Positions 38,194 through 59,312 of a DNA stretch of 64,000 bases are shown here, one piece after another. The stretch covers positions 14,074,001-14,138,000 of the forward strand of contig OZ231126.1 in NCBI GenBank assembly GCA_965153355.1, given 5' to 3'. The first letter of the stretch is position 1. The number at the start of each line of letters is the position of its first letter. The notes beneath the pieces were generated by a model. That model was given only the letters and a program-made list of their open reading frames with translations. It ran no database searches and was not told the DNA's origin. This DNA comes from Flaccisagitta enflata (lineage: Eukaryota). The position numbers and the translations under genes are program-made.

Positions 38194-38353
38194 CACTGAT
38201 GGCGTAATCGTACGTGGACGCGGACGCGTACTCGCTGTACTCGCCATTTTTGGCTGTACTCGTAAGTGTAATCATAAGCGTTCCCTCAATTTCTGTGGAC
38301 TCGTAAGAGTAAGCGTAAGCGTTCATCACTCCAACACGCGCTTAGGCCTAAAT

Positions 38354-38439
<86 letters not shown>

Positions 38440-38643
38440 GGACAGACAGACAGACACATCTGAACGACAGAAACAGCCTTTCCCCTTTGATGCAACTTTG
38501 TTTTAAAGTAATGTGGTCCAACTCATGAGCGTCCACGCTGATCACTAGGTTGATCAGTTGTTTGCTTGGTTGTTTGCTTTGTTTGCTTGCTTTGTTTGCT
38601 TGCTTGGTAATGCAAAGGTGAAAAACTGAGCAAAACATCCAAT

Positions 38644-38697
<54 letters not shown>

Positions 38698-38711
38698 TAT
38701 CTTTCTTTCTC

Positions 38712-38750
<39 letters not shown>

Positions 38751-39052
38751 CTCTTTCTTTCTTTCTTTCTTTCTTTCTTCCTTTCTCTCTTTTTCTCCTC
38801 CTTCTTTTTTTCTTTCTTCTTTTATTCTTTTTTCTTTTTTCTTTTTTTCTTTTTTTCTTTTCTCTCTTTTTTTCGTTTTTCCTTTTTTCTTTTTTTTTCT
38901 TTTTTTCTTTTTTTCTTTTCTCCTTTTTTTTTTTCTTTCTTTCTTTTTCTTTCTTCCTTTCTTTCTCTCTTTCTTTATTACTTCATTCCTTCTTTCTTTG
39001 CTCAGTCATTCCCTCTCGATTGTTTGGTCACTTGGTGTGTTCTTTCTTTCTC

Positions 39053-39116
<64 letters not shown>

Positions 39117-39648
39117 TCATTCTTTCTTTCTTTCTTTGCTCAGTCATTCCCTCTCGATTGTTTGGTCACTTGGTTGTGTGAAAGTTCAAAACCACACCGC
39201 ACCAATTTTTAAGTTTTCACTCATTACTTCATACCTTCTTTCTTTTTGTTTCTTTGTTTCTTTCTCTCTTTCTTTCTTTCTTTCTCGCTTTCCTTCATTC
39301 ATTCATCCATTCATGCATTCATTCATTTATTCATTCATTCATTCATCCTTTCATTTAATCATTCATTCATTCATTCGTTCATTCATTCATTCATTCATTC
39401 ATTCATTCATTCATTCATTCATTCATTTATTCATTCTTCATTCATTCATTCTTTCTGTCTTACAATTTGACCAAAATTGGCTTTACTGAGCAAGGGGGGT
39501 AGAAAATTGAGTTGTACTCGTTGTGTACTCGTAATTGTTATCGTACGCGATCAAAGATAAGTGGAATCGTAAGCGTAATCGTAGTCGCTCATGCAGTAGT
39601 GTACGCGGAATCGTAATCGGTCTGAAAAGCATCGCGTTGCCATCGCTG
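38194..39648. mobile_element. Non-autonomous hAT element inserted in a HINE-like element
   Basis: Ends CACTGATGGC / GCCATCGCTG. 8-bp TSD GTCTGTCC on both sides. Subterminal short repeats containing CGTA. Confidence 0.8.
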
Positions 39649-39968
39649 GTCTGTCCGCCGGTCCTTGCAAAAACCGCGTTTCTCGGCTGTTTTTGGCCAC
39701 GGTGAGATCCTATACTGAAACAAATGATTAACTAACATGTCTTGCCTCCTTTACTTCTAAGTCATTTCACCCGTCTGTTCGTCCATCTGTCTCTCCATTT
39801 ATGTCACATAATCAATACATACAGAGACACGGCCCGGACGCATCGTTGCCCAGTCGGGCTTGTTAAGTTACCATTGAGAAATTTTTCTGATCGTGTGTGA
39901 AAAATTTCATTAAGAAAAAAAATCAAAGAAACATTTTTTTTCCATTTTTTGAGTCCCGAGTTAGGAAT

Positions 39969-40917
39969 TACCATCTAGCTCATAAATATACGGACACTTG
40001 AATAGAAGCATCAACTTTGGAAAGGTGTAACGCATAATCAAATTGAGTTCCTGACATTAGATTGGGCCCATTTTAAAAAACTTTCAAATACACTTTTTTT
40101 TTTTTATAAGCACGCTAATTTTTCGGCTGAGGCTGAGTGTGCTTAGCAAAATCTCATTTTCGAGGCTGAAATGTGCTTAAATGCGTGCTTATCATTTATC
40201 AGTAGATAATTATTCTATTTAGTCAAGAACAAAGTACACAGTAGAGTATAGAAAACAGTAATGCTAAAAGTAGTGTTGTATAGAATTAAGTATAGTATAA
40301 AATACAGTAATCAATGTATTTTGTATAAATAAATATACAGTATCATTCATTGATGTTGTTATATATGAGATAAGACTAGTATCTTAATTTAATGTAAACA
40401 GTTTTAGATTTTTTATGTTATTTAGTATCATAATATATATTTTTTGGTGGTCCTTGATGCAGCAATAAATTCTTATCTAAGCAATGATATTCTTAAATAT
40501 CATTAAAAATTAGATCATTTCTATTAGTATCAAAATCCTGAATATACTGATAGATTGATATTATAGATAATTATAATTTCTATCAAAGTTTTTATTGGTT
40601 TTTGTAAAATTTCAATAAAAAAATTAGTTTATTTTTCAAAATTTACCTTTAGTTTCAAAATTTACCTTTAGTTTATTTTTCAAAATTTACCTTTTTTTTT
40701 TTCAAATTGAAAATCTCAGCCTGGAGCGTGCTTAGCAATGTGCTTAAATTTTGGTAATATCTGAGGCTGGGCGTGCTTATAAACGAGGTGCTTATAAAAA
40801 AAAATAAGTGTACGACCAATCTGCAGTCAGTACAGTAGTTTAATATGCTTAGGCGCAGCATTTTTCTAAAGTTAATGCTCATTATCATTTCTCCGTATAT
40901 TTATGAGCTAGATAGTA
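39969..40917. mobile_element. TA-flanked MITE containing a second nested MITE
   Basis: TIR TACCATCTAGCTCATAAATATACGGA / TCCGTATATTTATGAGCTAGATAGTA. The host element sequence resumes on both sides (compare 1195-1290). Confidence 0.82.
40089..40812. mobile_element. TA-flanked MITE; second copy at about 16355-17100
   Basis: Ends TACAC(T)nATAAGCAC / GTGCTTAT(A)nTAAGTGTA. Internal CTGAGGCTGGGCGTGCTTATAAACGAGGTGCTTATAA is shared with the copy at about 17063-17100. Confidence 0.78.
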
Positions 40918-41230
40918 ATGTTTCCTTTTTTTGCATGAGCCAATTTGAGAAAGTTGAGGCACGACCAGGCTCGCTCAAGGCTGTGGTTCAATTTGGTACA
41001 GGGTGAAAGAGGGAACTTTTTTACACCTTCTGGAAAGAAGCAGAGCGCTGTCGAACCAATATTTTAGGCATTATGGATTTTTGAATCCTTTTTGATTTTT
41101 TCACTTTTTCTACATTTTTTTCTAGAATCAATATTTTTCATCAATAATTTTGGGCCCTATGTAGCAAGAAAAATGTTGGCAACATGTTTCGCACATTGAC
41201 TAGCTTTTATGACCTTAACTTCTGATGACG

Positions 41231-41348
<118 letters not shown>

Positions 41349-41385
41349 GAGAGAGAGAGAGAAAAAAAAAAAACCGACACAGACA

Positions 41386-41489
<104 letters not shown>

Positions 41490-43672
41490 GCGCATGAAAA
41501 GATAATGAAAGAGAGAAGAAAAAAATGAAAGCGAGAGAAAAAAAATGAAATAAGGAGTGAGAAAAAATTGAGGAGAACAAAAACAACCCTTATGATTTTT
41601 TCTGGTTGGCGATAGCCGCCATTACTGGTTTATGCTAAAGAAGCCTGCTTTTTAGATGCGTCCTCGCATCTCTATGATAGGCTGTGTCCGTCGGTCTGTC
41701 TGTCTGTCGGTTGGTAACGCATTCATTAAAAACATCAAAATCAAGCCTTTTTTCAACAGAAAAGTGGTTCTGACCCAGCAAAAGAAGCATACATCTAGTA
41801 ATTCATTCATTAAATCATCAATTCATTCACAAATGACATTCATTCATAAAAAACATTCATTCATAAAAAAACATTCATTCATAAAAAACGTTCATTCAAA
41901 GAGGACGCATCGTTGGCCTACTTGGCCTTGTTACCAGGGGAGAGGGTTTGATCAGTTTCCCAGCGTGGATAAGAGAATATATCAAAATAGGCCTATCAGA
42001 GGCTGTATCTCTTAATATGTTGCTTTGTTTGCCAATTGCACAAATGTCTGCCCACTGCAATTCATTCACCACCATTGTTTGATTTTCGTTTAAAAAATTT
42101 TTACAAGCAAAATATAAAAAATAGGAGATTTGATTTAACAACATTCTTATTTAAGAATGGAAATTCCCCAGGCCCTTTAAGGCCGTTAAATCGGATTTCC
42201 GCTTATTTCATTAATCATTATGTACATGAGCCGAACGATGCACGCGCGCCCGTGGTGGATTACTTGCTACTTGGTTTTCTATTATTACTCTTTACTTTTT
42301 CTACTTTGTCACGGGAAAGCGAACTTATGTATCCATTAGTGGATAGGTGCTCTTGTCGGCATTTCTTTTCTCAGCGGTTCCAGTAGGGGGAAACACTGAC
42401 ACACAGGGAAAGTTTTTCCCATAATCCCGCCTCCTACCGATCGTCACCTTAGGGGCCCTCTGAGTCCTCAAATCAGATCTCTCTGGCTTAACAGAACAGA
42501 TGCGCGTACCGAGGACTCACAAGGCCCTCTTACATATCTTTAGTATCGGACATTAAAATCTAGAACAGGACCGGTCCGTTTGGGTCCGGGTTGGGTCTGG
42601 GCCGGTCCTGGTCCGTCCGTCAGTTGGTCTGTTGGTCGGTCCGTCGGTAACATCTTCGAAATGTGATGTTTTGCTATCCTGACCTTGCCCAGCCGTCTGC
42701 AAATGGGGTGCCATGTATCTGGCCTTATTGAGTTTGGGTATAGTGAGAGATATTGAACCAGTGTACCACTTGTAGAAACAAGGCCAAGTAGGCCAATAAG
42801 GTGCGACGTGTGGATCGTCGAACAAATGTGTTACCCAATAGATTAACCAACAGACACAGCCAGTTATAGAGGTGCTTTGTCGCACCTAAAAACATGAAAA
42901 CTGGACCAGCATAAGAGAGCGAGATCTGATCTCATGAGGGATATTTCTACTCAGTACAAATAACGTATTGATTTACTTGTTTTACTCGATTTTGTTAGAT
43001 GCCAAACACAGGTTTTTCAGGGGGTGGATTTTTGTTTTTGTTCTTTTAATTTTTTTTTTTTTGGGATTGGGGGGATTGGGACTGAAATGGTAGACGCTGT
43101 ACGGAGGTTTGGAATGCTGTTTCGTGAAGTTGGGGAGAGGAGGTAGGGTAGATTTTGAATGGGGGAAGATGAGTGGGTTTGATATCTTTGGGCATCTGTG
43201 ACGACCATAAGCCGCGCTTGACTTTTAGCTAAGTGTCACTGACGATGCTATAATTTAAACAAGTGGTTATGAAAAGAGGCTGATTCGCGAAATAGCGAAA
43301 AATAGGGTAGATAGCGAAAAATAAACCCTGTTCCTCTTCAGTCACAACCTCGAATTTTTGCCTGAATGTCCGCGATGGTCATGCGAGTGCGTACATCAAA
43401 TTTCAAGTCAATATCTTCAATAGTTTAGAAGTTATGTTATTTTTTCTATGTTTAAATCCAGCTTCGATAGGAAACAATTTTAAAATGGCTTTCAATCCTT
43501 ACTCATCTACCAACTGACTTTTGATTTACTCTGCTAAGTGGAAGAACTGCTTAATGAGCGCTAAGAAACCGCGGGGGAAGAAGCTGCTTAATGAACGCAA
43601 GCCGTGAACCTTAGCCGTGCGCGTAAATAAATGAATTCTTCGCCAAAAGAAGGGAGAGAAGGGAGAAAAGAG

Positions 43673-43749
<77 letters not shown>

Positions 43750-43782
43750 CGAAAGAGAGAGAGAGATGTTTCATCGGCGAAG

Positions 43783-44764
<982 letters not shown>

Positions 44765-45564
44765 TGCAGTGCCTGGGATGATGATTCAATTATCAGTACT
44801 GGGCCGGATCGAGCATAGTTTTAAGATATTTTAGGGCCAGATTGATTTTAATCTGCACAGAAAACGATAATGGCCCGTAATGAGGATAACTTAATCAAAA
44901 CTCAAAGGAGGGGCCGTATTGAAAAAAAGACTTTTGTTTTTTCAGCGCGAGGATGCGATTGTTTGCCAATGTGTCATCAATAAATTAAATACTACCTATT
45001 GTAATTATTTTGCGCTATAAATTTTCCGTTGAAATCCAAAGCAGAACTACAAGATCTATGCATTGGTGCCACTCCCAGGGTAATAGAAGGTGGCGTTTAG
45101 CCGTACAGGCAATATCTTACACGCAGTTGAGTTTGATTTCAGAGCAAAATCATAACTGTTCCAACCCTCATGCCCATCTTGTTCAAGCCCTAAATAGGGA
45201 GAAATTTGTACAAAACAAAACGGGGAAAACGGATATTAAAGAAAAGCAAAAATAATATTGACCAAATCGAGGACTAAGAGAACACTTATCGGAATCATCA
45301 TATTGTCTTCACATTGATTTTACAAGAACATTCAGGCTTCAATTTGCCAAATACTTCAAGAAGAGATTAGGAACATTACTCTAAACAGTGTTTTTAATTC
45401 TAAGCTCAAAATGAAGAACGTCTTCAGATAATTACAGACCTAGAAATTCTAGGCCTTAGAATACATTATAAGCTATAACCTCTAGCCTGAGGTCATTTAG
45501 TTGTTATGATGATATTAGAGAAAAAATTGTGAATGCAAAACATCAAAAGAAAAGCTCGGTCTTA

Positions 45565-46188
45565 TCATTTACAGCAAGTAACCAGACGCAAATCACTATA
45601 TGTGGGATGCGCACCGCAAGTACCATGACAACTGATCACACTGCTACCAAATGTCGCTTGGTTTAGGTACGGAGAAGTCGTCGCATATTGTTTGATGGCT
45701 CTTATATACCCAGAAATCTGATTAAATCCTGCTGGACAAGCACCATTGGCAAGGATACAGTAGCTTCCCAAGGGCCATTTTGGTTCCTTTAACTGCTCGT
45801 ACTTTGTTTGGAGGTCAACGATCTCTGCACTGAGCTGGTTGGTAGTTTCAGTGAGCTTCTTTTGGTACTCTTGGTGTATGGCTGTAGTGATTTTTGCACT
45901 GAGCTGGTTGGTAGTTTCAGTCAGCTTCTGCTGGTACTCTTGTCGTATGGCGGTAGTGATCTCTGCTTGGAGTAGGTGGGTGGTCTTATTGAGCTTCTGC
46001 TGGTACTCTTGGCGAAGGGCTGTAGTGATCTCTGCATTGAGTCGATTGGTGGTTTCAGTGAGCTTCTGCTGGTACTCTTGGCGTAGGGCTGTTGTGACGT
46101 CTGTCTTGACAGTTTCAATAATGTTATCCATTAAGGCGCCGATTGCTGAGTTCAGGTTGCCGATTTGTTTGAAGGCTGTTGATGTCAC
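45565..46188 (-). CDS. Secreted repeat/apextrin-C-like protein, exon 2 (four 23-aa helical repeats plus Cys-rich C-terminal domain)
   Basis: 207 open codons after a TAG acceptor. Contains repeats ITTALRQEYQQKLTETTNQLSAE, then WPLGSYCILANGACPAGF (WPxGxYCI..GxCPxGF is an apextrin C-terminal domain motif), and ends LVTCCK. Confidence 0.85.
   Translation of the reverse strand: MTSTAFKQIGNLNSAIGALMDNIIETVKTDVTTALRQEYQQKLTETTNRLNAEITTALRQEYQQKLNKTTHLLQAEITTAIRQEYQQKLTETTNQLSAKITTAIHQEYQKKLTETTNQLSAEIVDLQTKYEQLKEPKWPLGSYCILANGACPAGFNQISGYIRAIKQYATTSPYLNQATFGSSVISCHGTCGAHPTYSDLRLVTCCK
45823..46098 (-). repeat. Coding tandem repeat, 4 x 69 nt (23 aa)
   Basis: TGGTACTCTTG recurs at 45863, 45932, 46001 and 46070, an exact 69-nt spacing. 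Confidence 0.92.
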
Positions 46189-46445
46189 CTAGAACATTTT
46201 ATAAAGGCACTCTTTTAATTGAGATAACTTTTTATAAGACTTTCTTTAAATTTCTTCCCTATATTTCGAGCAACCACACTCTTCTTCAGGGACGGTAACC
46301 TAAAAACAACAACACAACATTTCGTTTTTGAGCGTTTTGAGCTTAATGCTCCTGGCCAAATGACCCAGTGACCTTCTCCATTACTGCCCCTGCCCATCCG
46401 CCTGCAACTAGGGTGTGACCTGCCTTGTTTGAATGCATGACAAAC

Positions 46446-46532
46446 CTTAGCGACGCTGTAATCTTCTTCGCAGTGGACAATTCCAATGGAGAAAACACAG
46501 ATGACGACACCAAGTGTCAACACCATCTTCAT
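46446..46532 (-). CDS. Secreted repeat/apextrin-C-like protein, exon 1 (signal peptide); alternative ATGs at 46550 and 46526
   Basis: MKMVLTLGVVICVFSIGIVHCEEDYSVAK is a signal-peptide-like hydrophobic N-terminus. Donor AAG|GTTTGT is phase 0 and matches the acceptor ttctag|GTG at 46188. Confidence 0.8.
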
Positions 46533-48440
46533 GTTGGCGATCAAATTCATGTCTTCGTTCAGAGGATTCCTTGGGCAAAGAGAGTCAGGAATGGTTGCTT
46601 ATTTTATTTGTAGAGGCGTTAAAAAGTGATGAGATTACATTTTTTGTGTTTGGTTAATTGCAACTGGCTTTTATGGCCTTTTTCTGGTCTTTTTAATGTC
46701 AAACTTATCAAAATTTTTAAGCAAATTAAACATCTTCAAAAGATTAAAAGGATGAAACCAAGAACAATTGATTTCATCAAGCAGTTTAAGAACATCTACT
46801 TTCTAAAGAAAACAATCATAAAACTATATGAAGAAATCTACCCCATTTACTTTTTTTGCAGGTACTATTTCAGCATGAATCATGAATAATGTCCAATAAA
46901 CATGGTATTTAAAATGTTTCACTCAAGAGCAGTGTTTGTAAGTGCATGTATGCTATGAAATTCATCAAAAAGAACCAAATGTATAAAAATGAATGAGATA
47001 TCGTAGTCTGTTTGTCTGAGAGCTGAAGCCAGATTTCTCTAAGGACCAATGCAATACATTGATATTTTTAAAAGATATGCTTTTGGGTGTCAAAATTGAT
47101 GATGCATCATCATTCTCTAAATCTTACTCAAATAAAAGATATTCTGTGTGCAAAATCTAGGCTACTCTTTATCCATTTCAAAGGCAGATTTATATTCAGT
47201 TGCAATTTATCAAGCATGACTGTAACTGGGATTCGATATTTACTTCGCATAAAGCTGGAATATTTTGGCTTCAGAGTTGCGAAAGGTTTCTCTTCTTGTG
47301 ATTTCTTCACTAAAAACGAAGGATTTTCTTCAGTAAGATTAGGAAGTAGTAAGTTTCCATTAAATATAGTGTCAAAACCGTTGTTAGCAAGGCCGGATAC
47401 ACGGCAATCCAGCCGCGGATGGTTGGGTAACTATGGCAAAAAAAAAAACCGAACAACTTTTGAGAGAGCAAAAAAGTATGAAGATGTTGACCAATTTGCA
47501 TAAGATTTATAGTGAATGATAACCATGATATGGACTATGTCTGGTTAAAATTTCATCAAAATCCGTTGAAAACTTTAGCCGTTATCACGTTTTTACTGAA
47601 GTCACTTCTTTTTTGGACTGCCAGAGATGATGTTTATCCTAAATCAAAATAATACCATTTTTAGTAAAATTGGCATTGTGCAAAAAGTTTTGGGAGTTTT
47701 GTCATGATTTTTGAACTGTAGTTTGATGGTATCATTTACTAATACTAGGCAAAATTCGCATCTACTCAGATAAAGTCTAGTGGGGTAGATATTGGTTGAT
47801 TGTAAGCTTGCTCAGGATAAGAAATATTCTGCTACCTGTTAGAATATTTCTGCAATTTGGGGGACTAAAAATGCTTCAATATTCACAAAGATTTTACTGG
47901 AGATAAATCATATGTACAAAAGTTCCCAGTTAAAAAATCATGATAATTGGTAAAAAACTCTGGCCTTAGCATCGATTTATATTTCAGATTTTATCTTCAT
48001 TTACTTCATTCTAAAAACCACAAAAAAAGTTTTAGAAAACTTGCTGTTTCTGCTAAAATAATCGGAGTTTTGTAATGAAATTTTTATCACAGCCTGCTAA
48101 CAACGTGGTCTACTACCACTTCAAATGTCATCAAAATCAGACTAGATTTAGTATGGTTTTTTTAAGTTTGTTTATTCATTCTTAGTAGATTCTGATGTGT
48201 GTACATTGAATTTTTTATCTTCTGACAAGCACTTTTAAAAAATCTATAATTCTCAAAATATTAATTGCAGGTTATTGATTTTTTCAGTGATGCTTAATGA
48301 TACTAAAAAGCAGACATACACATTATGGAGGAGCGGGGAGCGCCGCTCCTCGGAAAGGCAAGAGGCATGTCGGAAAATCTTGGAGGGGAAACAAGGTAAA
48401 ATGATAACAAAAGAATGAGAAAGAGAGAAAGAAAGAAGGA

Positions 48441-48484
<44 letters not shown>

Positions 48485-50026
48485 GAGAAAGAAAGAAAAA
48501 AAAAGAGGAAGGAAAAAAGAACTGAAGAGAGAAGGAAAAAACAAAGGAAGTATGAAGGAGTGAAAGAAACAAAGAAAGAAAGGAAGAAAGAAAGAGACAG
48601 AGATAAAGGTAAAGGTAAAAAGGAAGTTTTTTTTTATTTTCTTCATAGTTTCCCTGATCCGCTAATCCTGTTTAATTAGCGCCTCATGAGGTCGAGGCAA
48701 TGCATTGCCTTGGCCCTTGAGCACAGTTGACATTGGTAGATTAATCTTTTTACATCTTAAATCTCATACAACTTTGCGATATGGCCGGTGTCATCTTTAG
48801 GGAATGAGTAGTGTCAATATAGTATTTCACAAACAAGGCCGGATACACGGCAATCCAGTCGCGGACGATTGGGCAGGAGCAGTAACGCGAAAACCGCTCA
48901 GAAATCAAAAATGCGACGAACGGACCGACGGACGGACCGACGGACGGACCTACCAACCTACGGACCGACACGGCAAGGTGTAGAGTCGCGTGTCCGCGAC
49001 TAAAAAATTTTCCTTTATTTACAATTTAAAAAGCTGTTGAACACAGCATGATTAGCGCGCTATAGCACGCTATAGAGTGGGGCGGGGGGGGGGGAAATAT
49101 GGTGTGTCGGAAATTTTATAGGGAAAATTTGTGCTCCCCGGAAGCTTGGAAAAATGTGTATGTCTGCTAAAAAGTAACTTCAGTAAAAATTTCAGCACAC
49201 TGGGTGAATTTTCAAAGGATTTATGAGCAAAAGAAGTTACTGTTCGGTTTGGTTTTTTTTGCCATTGTTACTACTACACAAATTAAAAAAGTTTTTAGTC
49301 GCGGACACGCGACTCTACATCTTGCTGTGTCGGTCGATAGGTCGGTAGGTCGGTCAGTAGGTTACAAATTTTTTTGAATTCTGAGCGGTTTTCGCATTAC
49401 TGCTCCTGCCCAACCGTCCGCGACTGGATTGCCGTGTATCCGGCCTTGTTTTATAACTGATTTTTGCGCCTAGGGTTTATTCAGGAGATTCATTGATGAC
49501 CAAATTGAAGATTTTTTTAAGGGCTTTCTTTTGAGTGCAATCCCACATCTGTAGCTTTATTTGTTTAGAAGCTTTACTCAAATAAAGGTGCATGAATCAA
49601 AAGCTCTGAATGCAATAAGTGGAAAAAAGATTGTTTTTGGATGAAGATGATGGACTAATTGCACCGCCATGAGCAATCAGGCGTTGTTTTACCCAAGCTG
49701 TCTGCTTTCATAGTTCTTATTTGGAAAAAAGTCGATCTTTTTGAGTCCTGCAGAGCTTTTTGGATTTCCCTTTTTTTCATGAGGCGTTTTAGGAAGTTGG
49801 ACTGACAGACGGACCGACCGACACAGCAGAGCTGCGTGTCTGCGCCAATAGAATTAATGTTCAGAGCCAATTCAAGTATCTGTCGAGAAGATTTATTGAG
49901 TTCTGTGATAAGGGAAGAAAAAAAGAGAAATTTGCGTCACAATTGAGAAGCTATTTTGAATGCCAAACTGGTATTCGTCTATGATTCAATCTTTTTAGTC
50001 CGTCCGTCCGTCTGTCAGTCCTTACC

Positions 50027-55965
<5,939 letters not shown>

Positions 55966-56847
55966 TAAAACCACTTTCTATTGCCAGTTTTTCATGCAGA
56001 TTCAGAATCTGCCATCAGAAATAGTGTTTAAGCCACTTGAATTTTTGACGTCCCTTAGGCCCGTGATAAGATTGAAGGCAAGGCGCGACAACCAAAAGTA
56101 TTGGCTTTTATATCAAACATGTTATCATGTTATGGTTGACTTCTTTTTGTGCAAACACAACTCTGCCAATAAAATCATGTCAAAATCTTTTTTTCTGTTT
56201 TTAGATGCGTCCACGCATCTCTATAAGAGGCTTTGTCCGTCGGTCGGTTGGTCGGTCGGTTGGTTGGTCGGTCCGTGGTGATCGAGTTGAGAATGATGAA
56301 AATGCATAGAATCTTGGAAATATCTCAGATTATTGCATCATTCCAAAAGGTTGATGCAATATTGCATCATTCTTAACAAGCTAAGCCGCATGTGGACGCA
56401 TCGTTGTACCCCCGGGGTACTTGTTGCTTAGATATATGATTTGGAAAGGAGTCGAAGATTCGAAGATTCGAAGACTTTTTGAGTTCTGCAAAGAAAAGTG
56501 GTTTTCCCTTTTTCTGGTAGGGCGATTGAGAAAGTTTGTACTATTTGGGGGCCAAATGAGACTACGCATGAGACAATTCATAGCTAAGAAAGAGTTATTT
56601 CTCCGCTTTCAGATGACGCCAAGCAGAATTCTGTGCGATCGACAATTTTAGAGCTATGAATTTTTTTAATCTTTTTTTCGCATTTTTCCAATTTTTCCCA
56701 AGGATCAATATTTTTCATTCATCCTAATTTCAGGCCCTATGTAACATGAAATTAGTCAAAATGACGCTAGCTTTCAAATCACTCGCATTTTACCCTGCTT
56801 GCTCATGCTCAATCTGTCTGTCTGTCAGTGTGTTTGTCTGTGTGTGT

Positions 56848-56982
<135 letters not shown>

Positions 56983-57359
56983 AGTTTTTTGAAGTGAGGC
57001 TCAGCGTTCTTTTTTTTTACCCAATTTTCAGGCTCAAACATTCTTAACCCATTATTTTTGTAGCATTAGAGATTTTTTATCATAGTAGCTAGCTATTCAT
57101 AATCACTGAAGGAAATGTACTTTATTAACAGTCCATACAAAATTTTGTTTTTATAAGCTATGAAGTTGAAAATCATGTAAATGATAAAGGTAACTGGTCT
57201 AATTGTTTAGGTTTGAGGATTCTGTACAACTTTTTATGATTGTTTTCTTTAAAGATTATATCAAAGCGTACTTTAAAACATATTTATGCTAAAATCTGAG
57301 CCTGAGCATGTTCTTAAGATATTCTTATTTTTTCACCAAATCTGAGGCTGATGTTCTTA

Positions 57360-58365
<1,006 letters not shown>

Positions 58366-59312
58366 TAAACAGTGTTCTTTGACAAAATACAGCGTGTAAT
58401 CACACAGTTAATGATTTAGTGATGATGACAGAAACCAACAGACAGATAGGATGCCATTCCGGACCGACAGTCACATTGTACCATAGAAACGAACGGAGCG
58501 CTGGAGCTAGGTCCCTAAGTCCCTGTTTGACTGATTGGCGTTCATGACGCAAAAGGCAATCTATGAAATTGTTCTCTTGTTTTTTTTATCGTAAACTGTT
58601 CATTGAAAACGCCGTTGAATTTATCATTTGTCAGAGAACCTAAAACAAATGCTATTGACGCAAAAAACAAAGACCAGTTTGATTTTTGGAGACATGTATA
58701 TAAACTCAATTATCGAAACGGATGACAAAGAGGGAAACGCCAAGGTTGGCAAAATAGTACAACTATGCGCGTAATGGTTATGTAACTTATTTTTTCTAGC
58801 ATTTTTTTCTAAACAAGTAGCAACAGTCAACAACAAAATATCCAGCATTTACAATCATCGCTGCAATGAAATCCCAAATTAGATTGTCCAAATATTCAAA
58901 TGGAAACGATTTACGAATAAGAAGACAATCAAAACAAAAGGCAGATACAAGGAAAAAAGAATTGAAACAAAATTTTTAATGGGTATTCCGTTAAAAGAAA
59001 TTAGGAAGTTGTTTAAAGAATGATGATGAGTAATTATGAATATTTTCACGTTGCTAGACGCTCCGACTGCTGCTAACGCCAAAAGTTAGGACCATAACAT
59101 AAATGTAGTTTATCACATTTCTCATCTAAGCAAGTGTATTTTCAACAGATTTTCACTTAAATGAAAATAAAACATGATATTTAGAAAAATCTTCCAAATA
59201 TTGTCCACGGCATTCTTTGAGTCAAGCTGTATAATTGTGATTGTACGAATGTTCATGATAGATAAACTCATTTGATTAATGCGCTTAACTTATTTCTAAG
59301 ATAGTACAACTT

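Noticed and set aside
45823..46098. Apolipoprotein-type 22-aa repeats
   Set aside because: The measured period is 69 nt (23 aa), not 66 nt.
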